Of a DNA stretch of 64,000 nt, positions 55,430 through 62,914 are shown in pieces; position 1 is the first letter of the stretch; each line of letters starts with the position of its first letter. The position numbers were made by a program, and so were the translations under genes. The notes under the pieces were generated by a model. It worked only from the letters and a program-made list of their open reading frames with translations. It did no database searches and was not told the DNA's origin. The stretch is from a virus: the IMG/VR virus record IMGVR_UViG_3300030090_003481, positions 31,092 through 95,091 of that record; one strand, given 5' to 3'.

Positions 55430-55996
55430 TTTATTATAAAGTTTGATTAGTACAAAACAAGTAAGAACTCAAACAGTATCAAATCTTATACCTTAACTTA
55501 GTTACGACAATAAATAAATAGTATTATAAGACTTGACACTGAATATGGATGAGTTCATACATTTGTCTACATTTACTAACAAACTTGTGACTTAGGTCGA
55601 CATCTCTTACCCTGTACTATAAAGTAAATGTAGATGACGGTAACTAATTAATCTCAGACTGACCTGGCACTCAATCTGTGCTTAGTCTATCCTTATATCA
55701 TTCGTTACATTCTGTGATCCGTTGGATGTTGGGTTGGATGTGGATACAATAAGTTTTTCGACTTTTGCTATATTGTATAATGTAGGACATAATGTAGTCA
55801 TAGTCATATGTGTACAAAACATGGGTTTGTAGATACCCTTGTGTTCACACACATAAATCATGACAAGTTCTGATTGGGGCGTTTTATTTTGTGTAAGAAT
55901 GGACTTATCTTGTGTAAGAATAAGGCTAGACTTGACTAGAATTGTCCTCTACAGTCCTGTGTAATCGTAGAATTGTCTTGACTTGTCCAGACTTTT

Positions 55997-56045
55997 AAAA
56001 AAAGGAGTAGACTGGTGTCTTCGAATCACCTTAATGTCTACTCCT
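55997..56045 (-). terminator. Intrinsic terminator after the first leftward gene
   Basis: 10-bp stem AGGAGTAGAC (56003-56012) / GTCTACTCCT (56036-56045), inner GGTG/CACC, then a U-run on the - strand. Confidence 0.65.
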
Positions 56046-56073
56046 ATGTGTTGACTAGTGTACTACTAAGTTA

Positions 56074-56310
56074 CTACTTAGAAGATACACGGATCGTCTT
56101 CCCTGTTGATAGAGTGTTTAGTTTCTCAGCAGTAGCAAAGACAGAGTATGCCTCACCATCTGAGAAATCTTCTACACCTTCATCACACTTCTCGTTGAGT
56201 ATTACAACAGTGTATGAACGACCATCTGATGCAGTCTGAACCACAGGTGACTCACATCTTTCTTGGTCTTCATTAACGAAGGAAGAAATCGTTCCAATAA
56301 CATATCCCAT
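56074..56310 (-). CDS. Small hypothetical protein, first gene of the leftward block (likely start ATG 56310)
   Basis: MGYVIGTISSF...ASDGRSYTVVIL...; has its own terminator. Confidence 0.55.
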   Translation of the reverse strand: MGYVIGTISSFVNEDQERCESPVVQTASDGRSYTVVILNEKCDEGVEDFSDGEAYSVFATAEKLNTLSTGKTIRVSSK

Positions 56311-56493
56311 AATCGTATAGTTATTAGTCCCCAATATTGAATGTTCTCACACTACATGAGGTTACATTTTTTGGTACGGGGGGATGTTCCGTCCAAAGTT
56401 TTGACGGGGAGTTATTTTCTGTGTGGGTCATGACCTCGAACACATTTTTATTTTTTTTATTTTAAAAAATTTTTTTATATTATTTTTTTTATT

Positions 56494-56501
56494 TATCTTT
56501 G
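56494..56501 (+). promoter_or_regulatory. Bacteroidota -7 element (TATCTTTG) upstream of ncRNA candidate
   Basis: Exact TAnnTTTG in a very AT-rich context; no canonical -33 TTG. Confidence 0.45.
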
Positions 56502-56508
56502 CATATCA

Positions 56509-56715
56509 TTAGTTATATACTAAGACACATCGCCAAGAGAATAAAGGATATGAAGCGGTGCAACTACGTCCTATGGTATATACAATACATACTATATACC
56601 AACACTGTTCTTAATTGAGCAGCTACAAAAGATCTTAGGTGATCTCTTCATTGAAGTTCTGGGAAAATTCAAACGACACAAAAATTTGGGGAGGGGAATA
56701 AGGTGTCGTGACTAA
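56509..56715 (+). ncRNA. Candidate ~200-nt multi-helix non-coding RNA
   Basis: A closing helix plus five internal hairpins. All non-WC pairs are G-U on the + strand. It starts just after a -7 promoter element, and no plausible ORF covers it. Confidence 0.5.
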
Positions 56716-56730
56716 AAAATCTAAAAATAG

Positions 56731-56761
56731 TTGTATAATTGAAATAAAAGTTATATCTTTG
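56731..56761 (+). promoter_or_regulatory. Bacteroidota-type promoter for the packaging block
   Basis: TTG 56731-56733, 20-nt spacer, TATCTTTG 56754-56761. Confidence 0.7.
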
Positions 56762-56792
56762 TACCATTGAATATGTATAGATATATGATATT

Positions 56793-57152
56793 TTGAAAAG
56801 AGTAAAAGCGGATACACTAGATAGAAAAGAATTCTATCCTAAGTATCTGAAATTGGTTAATGTAATATTACCAAAACCACTAACAACAAAGGAGATTGAG
56901 ATATTATCTGCTTTTATGGAGTTACAGGGTGATGCTATCGAAGATGATAGGTTTGGTACACAAGCTCGTAAGTTAGTGAGAGCAAAGTTTGGGTTTAAGA
57001 CTTACTCTAATATAGACAACTATATTAAGTTTTTTAAAAACAAGGGGGTTTTAATTAAGGAAGGTGATAAATTAAAAATTAACAGGAGGATTTTTATACC
57101 CAAAACTGAGAAAGAAGTAGAATTAACGTTTAAATTTAAATTAACAGACTAA
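56793..57152 (+). CDS. Winged-helix DNA-binding protein (TTG start)
   Basis: LTTKEIEILSAF...RKLVRAKFG..SNIDNYIKFFKNKGVL. Confidence 0.6.
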   Translation: MKRVKADTLDRKEFYPKYLKLVNVILPKPLTTKEIEILSAFMELQGDAIEDDRFGTQARKLVRAKFGFKTYSNIDNYIKFFKNKGVLIKEGDKLKINRRIFIPKTEKEVELTFKFKLTD

Positions 57153-57601
57153 TGGCTGGAAAAAATAACTCAGACTTAAAAGCAACAATAGCTTTAAAAA
57201 GTACTAAACTAGAACAAGGAGAGGGGTCTTTAGTGTTTCCTGGTGTAGATATAGATTTTTCTTTAGAAAGAACTTTTTCTATTGATGGAGATCATATATC
57301 ATGGGTAAACATGGATGTAGATAATACAGCTGCTAACAATATATTAACACAAAGAGTAGCTGCTACTGTAGACGCAGAGTCTAGACAGCTATTTTTTGGA
57401 TATAATGCTGGAGACACTGATGTAGTTATAGGTATGTATGATAATAGTGAAACTACTAATCATCCTATTTTATATTTAAAGCCTGGTGAGTGGGCTTTTT
57501 GTCCTTTTAAGTTTGGTCAAGCAACCGATTACTTAAGCGCAAGTGTAGCGTCAGGTACTGGATCTATACAATATGCAATATTTGAATTAGGAGTAAGTTA
57601 G
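57152..57601 (+). CDS. Small beta-sandwich protein, paralog family A copy 4
   Basis: LFFGYN...LYLKPGEWAFCPF...IQYAIFE. Confidence 0.55.
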   Translation: MAGKNNSDLKATIALKSTKLEQGEGSLVFPGVDIDFSLERTFSIDGDHISWVNMDVDNTAANNILTQRVAATVDAESRQLFFGYNAGDTDVVIGMYDNSETTNHPILYLKPGEWAFCPFKFGQATDYLSASVASGTGSIQYAIFELGVS

Positions 57602-57609
57602 AATAGATT

Positions 57610-57834
57610 ATGGAATTATTAGGTGTATCAATGGTAGAAACAATTTCTAAGTTGAGAAAAGAATTTGTTACTAATACTGGTAGTAAACCAACATATCTTG
57701 TATTGAATGCTTATACATCATCTACTTTAAGAGAAGAATTAGGGTATGATGATCTATATGATTTAAAGACGTATAAAGGATTAGAAATTGTTTATACGCT
57801 ATCAGAAGATGAAGGATCTATCCGACTTATATAA
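57610..57834 (+). CDS. Hypothetical protein
   Basis: 74 aa; P.YLVLN...L...YKGLEIV. Confidence 0.5.
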   Translation: MELLGVSMVETISKLRKEFVTNTGSKPTYLVLNAYTSSTLREELGYDDLYDLKTYKGLEIVYTLSEDEGSIRLI

Positions 57835-58111
57835 CAAATTAAGTAAAAAATATAACCTCCCCCCATTCGTAATTCAAGGAATTATAACAGATCAATATAG
57901 ATTTATTAAAAAAAACTTGCAGGATTCAAAATTTCCTAATATATTTGTCCACGGATTGGGAAGATTCCAAGTCAAAGACGGCAGATTAGATTGGATGATT
58001 CGTCTTTTGATTGACAGAGTTAAAAACAATCGCATGGATAGAGAAGAAGGTAAAAAAGAAATTTATAAATTATTACAAATTAGACGAAAAAGAAAATATG
58101 GCTCTAAGTAA
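57809..58111 (+). CDS. IHF/HU-like DNA-binding protein (likely start ATG 57809)
   Basis: KLSKKYNLPPFVIQGII...NIFVHGLGRFQVK, the HU/IHF GxGxF motif. Confidence 0.65.
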   Translation: MKDLSDLYNKLSKKYNLPPFVIQGIITDQYRFIKKNLQDSKFPNIFVHGLGRFQVKDGRLDWMIRLLIDRVKNNRMDREEGKKEIYKLLQIRRKRKYGSK

Positions 58112-58313
58112 AGAAAAATTAATTATAGCAATCGACTATTGGAAACTAGAAAAGCTAAAACATATGGAAGCTTTAGAAGATATAATAGAAGAATCTGTAG
58201 ACGAAGAGCCTAATCTTAGTCGTATAAATGAAATGACATCTATATCTAAAAGTTTAGATGATATAGATCTTGTAATAAGTAGAATAAATCAATTATTAAT
58301 TAATACTAAATAA
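58098..58313 (+). CDS. Hypothetical protein (likely start ATG 58098)
   Basis: MALSKEK... helical; avoids a long overlap with the previous gene. Confidence 0.5.
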   Translation: MALSKEKLIIAIDYWKLEKLKHMEALEDIIEESVDEEPNLSRINEMTSISKSLDDIDLVISRINQLLINTK

Positions 58314-58315
58314 AA

Positions 58316-58561
58316 ATGGCAGACGAAAAAGTGATCAACATGGATCCAAACATGATGGCTCAAGGACCTTCAAAAGAAGAAATTGAGTTACAAAAAAAAG
58401 TATGGTTAACAGACCATCAAATGAGAAAAGCTGATATTATAACTAGAGCTTTATCTGTAGGAACGCATAAAGATGCATCTGATGATATGAAACTATTTTC
58501 AGAAGATCAGCGTAATGAATTAGAAGGAAAAGTATTTGATATATTAAACAATTTAGACTAA
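58316..58561 (+). CDS. Hypothetical protein
   Basis: 81-aa ORF. Confidence 0.5.
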   Translation: MADEKVINMDPNMMAQGPSKEEIELQKKVWLTDHQMRKADIITRALSVGTHKDASDDMKLFSEDQRNELEGKVFDILNNLD

Positions 58562-58779
58562 TGTCAAAACTAAAATCAGATATTACTAGTGAATATATAA
58601 ATATGACGTTTTGCGCTACTTGTAAAAAATGTCCAGCTATTCATATTGCTAAAGATAATGATATTATTACTATTGGAGGCGAAGAAGAAGGCTATACAAA
58701 ATTTACAAAAGAGCAATTTTTATTATTTATTGAGCAAATTAAAAAAGGAACATTCGATGGGTATATTAAAAAACATTAA
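58561..58779 (+). CDS. Small CxxCxxC protein, DUF397-like C-terminus
   Basis: FCATCKKCP...FTKEQFLLFIEQIKKGTFD. Confidence 0.45.
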   Translation: MSKLKSDITSEYINMTFCATCKKCPAIHIAKDNDIITIGGEEEGYTKFTKEQFLLFIEQIKKGTFDGYIKKH

Positions 58780-59107
58780 AGATGGTTGGGGTAACTATAT
58801 AAAATCCCAATCACCAGAAGGATTACCAGAAGAGATAGAAAGATTAGCTGAAGGACGTGCTAATATATGTGCATCTTGTCCTGAGTTAACAGAATCTGAA
58901 CTTTTTAGATGGGTAGATCGTGTTGTTAACAACAATGGAAGCGAAATGTTGCGAAGAGTAAAAGAAGCTTACCGTAAAGAAGAAGATATTCCAGAATCTT
59001 TGAAAGATGAGAACTGGGAAAAGAGATATAAATGCGGTCAATGTGGATGTGCTTTTCCAGCTAATGTTTATGCACCTAAAAAGAAGTGTCCTTTAGGTAA
59101 ATGGTAA
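58757..59107 (+). CDS. Cys-rich Zn-binding phage protein (likely start ATG 58757)
   Basis: R..ICASCP...CGQCGC...CPLGKW. Confidence 0.65.
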   Translation: MGILKNIKDGWGNYIKSQSPEGLPEEIERLAEGRANICASCPELTESELFRWVDRVVNNNGSEMLRRVKEAYRKEEDIPESLKDENWEKRYKCGQCGCAFPANVYAPKKKCPLGKW

Positions 59108-59114
59108 TAAGAAA

Positions 59115-59666
59115 TTGAAATATTTATTTGATTTAAAAGATCGTAAAGTTACATTCTCTCCCCAAGCTCTGATGATACCAGAGTTAAAAACGATTTGGGA
59201 TGCTGATAAAACAAAAGAAAAAGTAGAAGCAGTCAAAAAACTCTCTTATATTTACTTCTTGTGTGACTACAAATCTCCTTATGTTTTATCAGTACCTCCT
59301 GAATTGGTAGGAGCTACTGTTGCTCGTGATTTTTTAAAAGATGAGGAATATCTTCCTTGTCCAATGGTTTCTGCAGCTATTGATAAATATAGAGAGTTAC
59401 AACAAACTCCTTCTATGGGATTATTAGAAGCAGCAACAATTACAATTCACAAATTATCTTCTTATTTACGTTCAGTTGATTTATCAGAAAGAGATAAAGC
59501 TGGAAAACCTGTATATAAACCATCAGATGTTACAAATTCTCTTAAAAGTATAGGAGGAATTGTAGAATCTATGGCTAAAGTTAAAGATCAAATAGAAAAA
59601 GAAACTGTAGCACAGGGTAAATTAAGAGGACAAAGAAAAAAGGGTAATAGAGAAGATCCAAGATAA
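59115..59666 (+). CDS. Conserved crAss-like packaging-region protein (possible terminase small subunit)
   Basis: IWDADKTKEK..A.K.LSYIYFLCDYKSPY; helical; basic RG C-terminus; upstream of terL. Confidence 0.45.
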   Translation: MKYLFDLKDRKVTFSPQALMIPELKTIWDADKTKEKVEAVKKLSYIYFLCDYKSPYVLSVPPELVGATVARDFLKDEEYLPCPMVSAAIDKYRELQQTPSMGLLEAATITIHKLSSYLRSVDLSERDKAGKPVYKPSDVTNSLKSIGGIVESMAKVKDQIEKETVAQGKLRGQRKKGNREDPR

Positions 59667-59846
59667 ATGGCCTTTATAAGACGATTGAATAGTGCTATAC
59701 AGAGATTAGGTTTTTGTTTAAGAAAGTTTAAAACAACTTCTTTTGCAAAAAAAATTCACTATCTTTGTAAAAAAATACGTATGATGCGGAAGGTTGATGG
59801 TGTCCGCAGAAGCAAATATTGGTACGACTACGACAGAAATAAGTAG
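59667..59846 (+). CDS. Unannotated 59-aa basic ORF (or 21-aa ORF from ATG 59781)
   Basis: ATG directly after the previous TAA; MAFIRRLN...MMRKVDGVRRSKYWYDYDRNK. Confidence 0.45.
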   Translation: MAFIRRLNSAIQRLGFCLRKFKTTSFAKKIHYLCKKIRMMRKVDGVRRSKYWYDYDRNK

Positions 59847-59939
59847 TACAGAAAGAGAGAAAAACGTCTTATAGGGGAGGCCTGAGAGAATGTTTAGGGT
59901 TTTGGATCCACTCTCTTTTTCTGAAATAAAAATAAGAAT

Positions 59940-60413
59940 ATGAAAAAAATAAGTGAACATATAAGTTATAAAGAAGCAACTACAAGTGCAACAGGTCTTA
60001 GATTAGGACTAGATAATACTCCTAATGCAGAGCAATTAAAATGCATGCATGAAATAGCAGAGTTTTTATTTGAACCTTTAAGAGAATGGGTAGGCGGTCC
60101 TATAAAAATCACTAGCATGTTTAGAGGAAGACCTGTAAACACAGCTATAGGTGGTTCTAAAAATTCACAACATATGAAAGGTCAAGCTTTAGACTTAGAT
60201 GACACTTTTGGATATAAGACAAATGCAGAAATGTATCATTATATAAAAGATAATCTAGACTTTGATCAGTTAATATGGGAATTTGGTGATGATGAAAACC
60301 CTAATTGGATACATGTTAGTTATGTAACTCATAGACCTAATAGAAAAAAATTAACAATTGCCTATAGAGATTCTAAAGGTAAAACTAAGTATAAACATGA
60401 AGAACATAAATAA
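59940..60413 (+). CDS. Peptidase M15 family endolysin
   Basis: ISEHISYKE, DNTP, ITSMFR...IGGSKNSQHMKGQALD, FDQLIWE, WIHVSY. Confidence 0.85.
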   Translation: MKKISEHISYKEATTSATGLRLGLDNTPNAEQLKCMHEIAEFLFEPLREWVGGPIKITSMFRGRPVNTAIGGSKNSQHMKGQALDLDDTFGYKTNAEMYHYIKDNLDFDQLIWEFGDDENPNWIHVSYVTHRPNRKKLTIAYRDSKGKTKYKHEEHK

Positions 60414-60414
60414 T

Positions 60415-60699
60415 ATGACTGAATCAGAAAGGTTTATCGCAGATCAAGAAATTGCGGATAAAGCACTTAATAATGCATATCAATTAATAATAGGTACAGT
60501 AACCTTAGAAGATTTATTTTTAAAAGCAGAAAAAGGAAGTAAACTTGATGCTGAAGTCTATTTACCTTTTGATCCGTACCACGGAATACCACATGATTGT
60601 ATAGATATACTTATGGATCATTTTATCTATACAGAAGAATATGAAAAATGCGCTGAATTATTAAAAGTAAAAAAAGAATTAGAAGGTGAGAAAAGTTAA
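60415..60699 (+). CDS. Hypothetical protein with UVR-like C-terminal motif (likely start ATG 60415)
   Basis: HFIYTEEYEKCAELLK. Confidence 0.55.
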   Translation: MTESERFIADQEIADKALNNAYQLIIGTVTLEDLFLKAEKGSKLDAEVYLPFDPYHGIPHDCIDILMDHFIYTEEYEKCAELLKVKKELEGEKS

Positions 60700-60817
60700 C
60701 GTACCTGTACTTAAAACTACACGTAAAAAAAGACCAGGAGTACATGCCAAAACAAGAACGAGTAATAGCAAACAATCAAAATTCTATATTAAAAAGTACC
60801 GAGGACAAGGGAAGTAA
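60686..60817 (+). CDS. Unannotated 43-aa very basic peptide overlapping the terminase 5' end (GTG start)
   Basis: MRKVNVPVLKTTRKKRPGVHAKTRTSNSKQSKFYIKKYRGQGK. Confidence 0.55.
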   Translation: MRKVNVPVLKTTRKKRPGVHAKTRTSNSKQSKFYIKKYRGQGK

Positions 60818-62855
60818 TATAGTAATAGCTAAGCCCTGGGAAAAAATAGATAAATTTAAAGATAATCCTGTAAGACATACAGGTCAAAAGTACTTAAAGT
60901 TTCTAAATACAGAAGTATTTTCAGAATCTTGTAAGCATTATCTTAGACATGGTTATTATACAAACGCTCCAGAAGGTACATCTGAGTATATAGAGTTTTG
61001 GGATGAAGAAGAAAGAAGATGTAAAGAAGGATATACTGTTGGAGGTGTACGTATAACTGGTGAACATTATGCATATCTTAATTATGGTCGTATTCTAGCG
61101 ACTGTTGACGATGGTAAACGTCAAAGAAAAATAGACACATTTCCTAAATTTTTAGACATGGACTATTATTGGTACCATGAGCTTGAACAAGCAGAAGAAA
61201 ATGGTGAAGGAATGATAGTTGTAAAAGCCAGACGTAAAGGTTATTCCTATAAAAATGCCTTCGGCATGGTGTGGAGATACAATTGGTTCCCTTCTTCTGT
61301 GTGTATTCTTGCAGCTTATGAAAAAACATTCTGGGCTAATACAATGGAAATGGCTAAAAATATGATTAACTTCATAAACGAAAATACTGATTGGGCTAAA
61401 GGCTTCTTGATAGACAGACAGGATCACATTAAATCTGGATACGTTGAGAAAGATCCTATATCTGGTATTAATATACAGAAAGGATTTAAAACTGAAATGC
61501 TTGCACTATCATTCAAAGATTCTCCTCAAAAGTCTGTTGGACGTACAGCTGAACGAATGCTTTTTGAAGAAGCAGGAGATTGGCCAGGTCTTATGCAAGC
61601 ATATCAACGTTCCTATCCTCTATTTAAAGATGGTAATATCATGATTGGTATACCTATTTTATATGGAACAGGGGGTAATAATAAAAATGGAACTAACGCA
61701 GATTTTGAAGAAATGTTTTATAACCCTTCTGCTTATGGCTTACGCGCGTATGAGAATATATACGATGAAGCAGCAGTAGGTGAGGCAGGTTGGTTTATAG
61801 ATGATGCTTGGTATAGAGAGCCTTTCGTAGACAAACACGGTAATGCACTAAGAGAAGATGCTATCGTAGATATAGATTTAGAAAGAGAACAAAAGAAAAT
61901 AGCAGATAAAAAAGCATATAATATGATGGTTACCCAGCACCCTCATACACCAAAAGAAGCTTTTTTAAGAAACGAAGGAGCTGTATTCCCAGCAATAGAA
62001 TTATACAATGTTCTTAATAAATTAAAGTCAAATGATAAGTATAGAAAAATAGGAACACCTGGTACGCTATTTGAAGAAGAAAACGAAGTAAGATTTAGAC
62101 CAGATCTTGAAAAAAAGTTAGATCCTATTATGAAATTTCCTGTAGACCAGCATCAGTCAATAGAAGGATGTCCTGTAATATATCAACATCCTCCTGATGA
62201 CATTCCGCATGGTATGTATAAGATAGGATTAGACCCTGTGGCATTTGACAAGTCGGGTGGTAAATCTTTAAACTGTGCAATAGTTTATAAATCTTATCAA
62301 AAGTTTGACTTTGGTTATGATGAAATAGTAGCTGAATACACAGGTAGACCAGAAAATATAGAAATTTATAACAGAAATCTTGAACTATTATCTGAATATT
62401 TTGGAGGAGCAACAATTATGTTTGAGAATGATCGAGGTGAGGTTTTATCTTACTTTAAACGTAGAGGTAAAATGCACTTACTAGCAGATCAACCAGATAA
62501 TGTTATTTCAAAAGTTATAAAAGACTCAAAAGTTTCTAGAATAAAAGGATGTCACATGAACGAACGTATGAAAGACGCAGGGGAAAAGTTTATATTACGT
62601 TGGCTATGGACTGAAAGAGGTACTAATGAAGATAATAGTAAAGTTTACAATATGGATCTATTACCATCTGTACCATTAATTGAAGAACTAATTGCTTATC
62701 ATAGAGAAGGAAACTTTGACCGAGTTATGGCTATGATGCAATTAATGTTTATGATAGAAGAAACATATGAAACTGAGTATGTAAAAGAAGCTCCAAAGAA
62801 TAAACCAGCAGAATTCTTAATAAACCAACTAGACAAAATGTTTATAAAGAAATAA
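60744..62855 (+). CDS. terL: Terminase large subunit
   Basis: ITGEHYAYLNY, Walker A KARRKGYSY, Walker B FEEAG, GTGG coupling motif, nuclease GLDPV and NFDRVMA. Confidence 0.9.
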   Translation: MPKQERVIANNQNSILKSTEDKGSNIVIAKPWEKIDKFKDNPVRHTGQKYLKFLNTEVFSESCKHYLRHGYYTNAPEGTSEYIEFWDEEERRCKEGYTVGGVRITGEHYAYLNYGRILATVDDGKRQRKIDTFPKFLDMDYYWYHELEQAEENGEGMIVVKARRKGYSYKNAFGMVWRYNWFPSSVCILAAYEKTFWANTMEMAKNMINFINENTDWAKGFLIDRQDHIKSGYVEKDPISGINIQKGFKTEMLALSFKDSPQKSVGRTAERMLFEEAGDWPGLMQAYQRSYPLFKDGNIMIGIPILYGTGGNNKNGTNADFEEMFYNPSAYGLRAYENIYDEAAVGEAGWFIDDAWYREPFVDKHGNALREDAIVDIDLEREQKKIADKKAYNMMVTQHPHTPKEAFLRNEGAVFPAIELYNVLNKLKSNDKYRKIGTPGTLFEEENEVRFRPDLEKKLDPIMKFPVDQHQSIEGCPVIYQHPPDDIPHGMYKIGLDPVAFDKSGGKSLNCAIVYKSYQKFDFGYDEIVAEYTGRPENIEIYNRNLELLSEYFGGATIMFENDRGEVLSYFKRRGKMHLLADQPDNVISKVIKDSKVSRIKGCHMNERMKDAGEKFILRWLWTERGTNEDNSKVYNMDLLPSVPLIEELIAYHREGNFDRVMAMMQLMFMIEETYETEYVKEAPKNKPAEFLINQLDKMFIKK

Positions 62856-62886
62856 TTGGATATTATGAATTAATTTAGTATATTTG
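62856..62886 (+). promoter_or_regulatory. Bacteroidota-type promoter for portal
   Basis: TTG 62856-62858, 20-nt spacer, TATATTTG 62879-62886. Confidence 0.65.
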
Positions 62887-62914
62887 TAAGTTAGGATATT
62901 ATAATATTAGAGAT

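Noticed and set aside
55721-55990. Possible mini-CRISPR array
   Set aside because: Repeats are only 9-12 nt, differ from pair to pair, and lack regular spacing; no cas genes.
56635-56817. - strand 60-aa ORF (likewise 59718-59960 on - and 56015-56239 on +)
   Set aside because: They run opposite to local transcription and overlap promoters, terminators or structured elements, and the sequences are not protein-like.
48454-62855. Self-splicing introns or inteins in polA, primase or terL, common in some crAss clades
   Set aside because: The ORFs are uninterrupted and of normal length, with no intein (C...HN) or homing-endonuclease motifs noticed.
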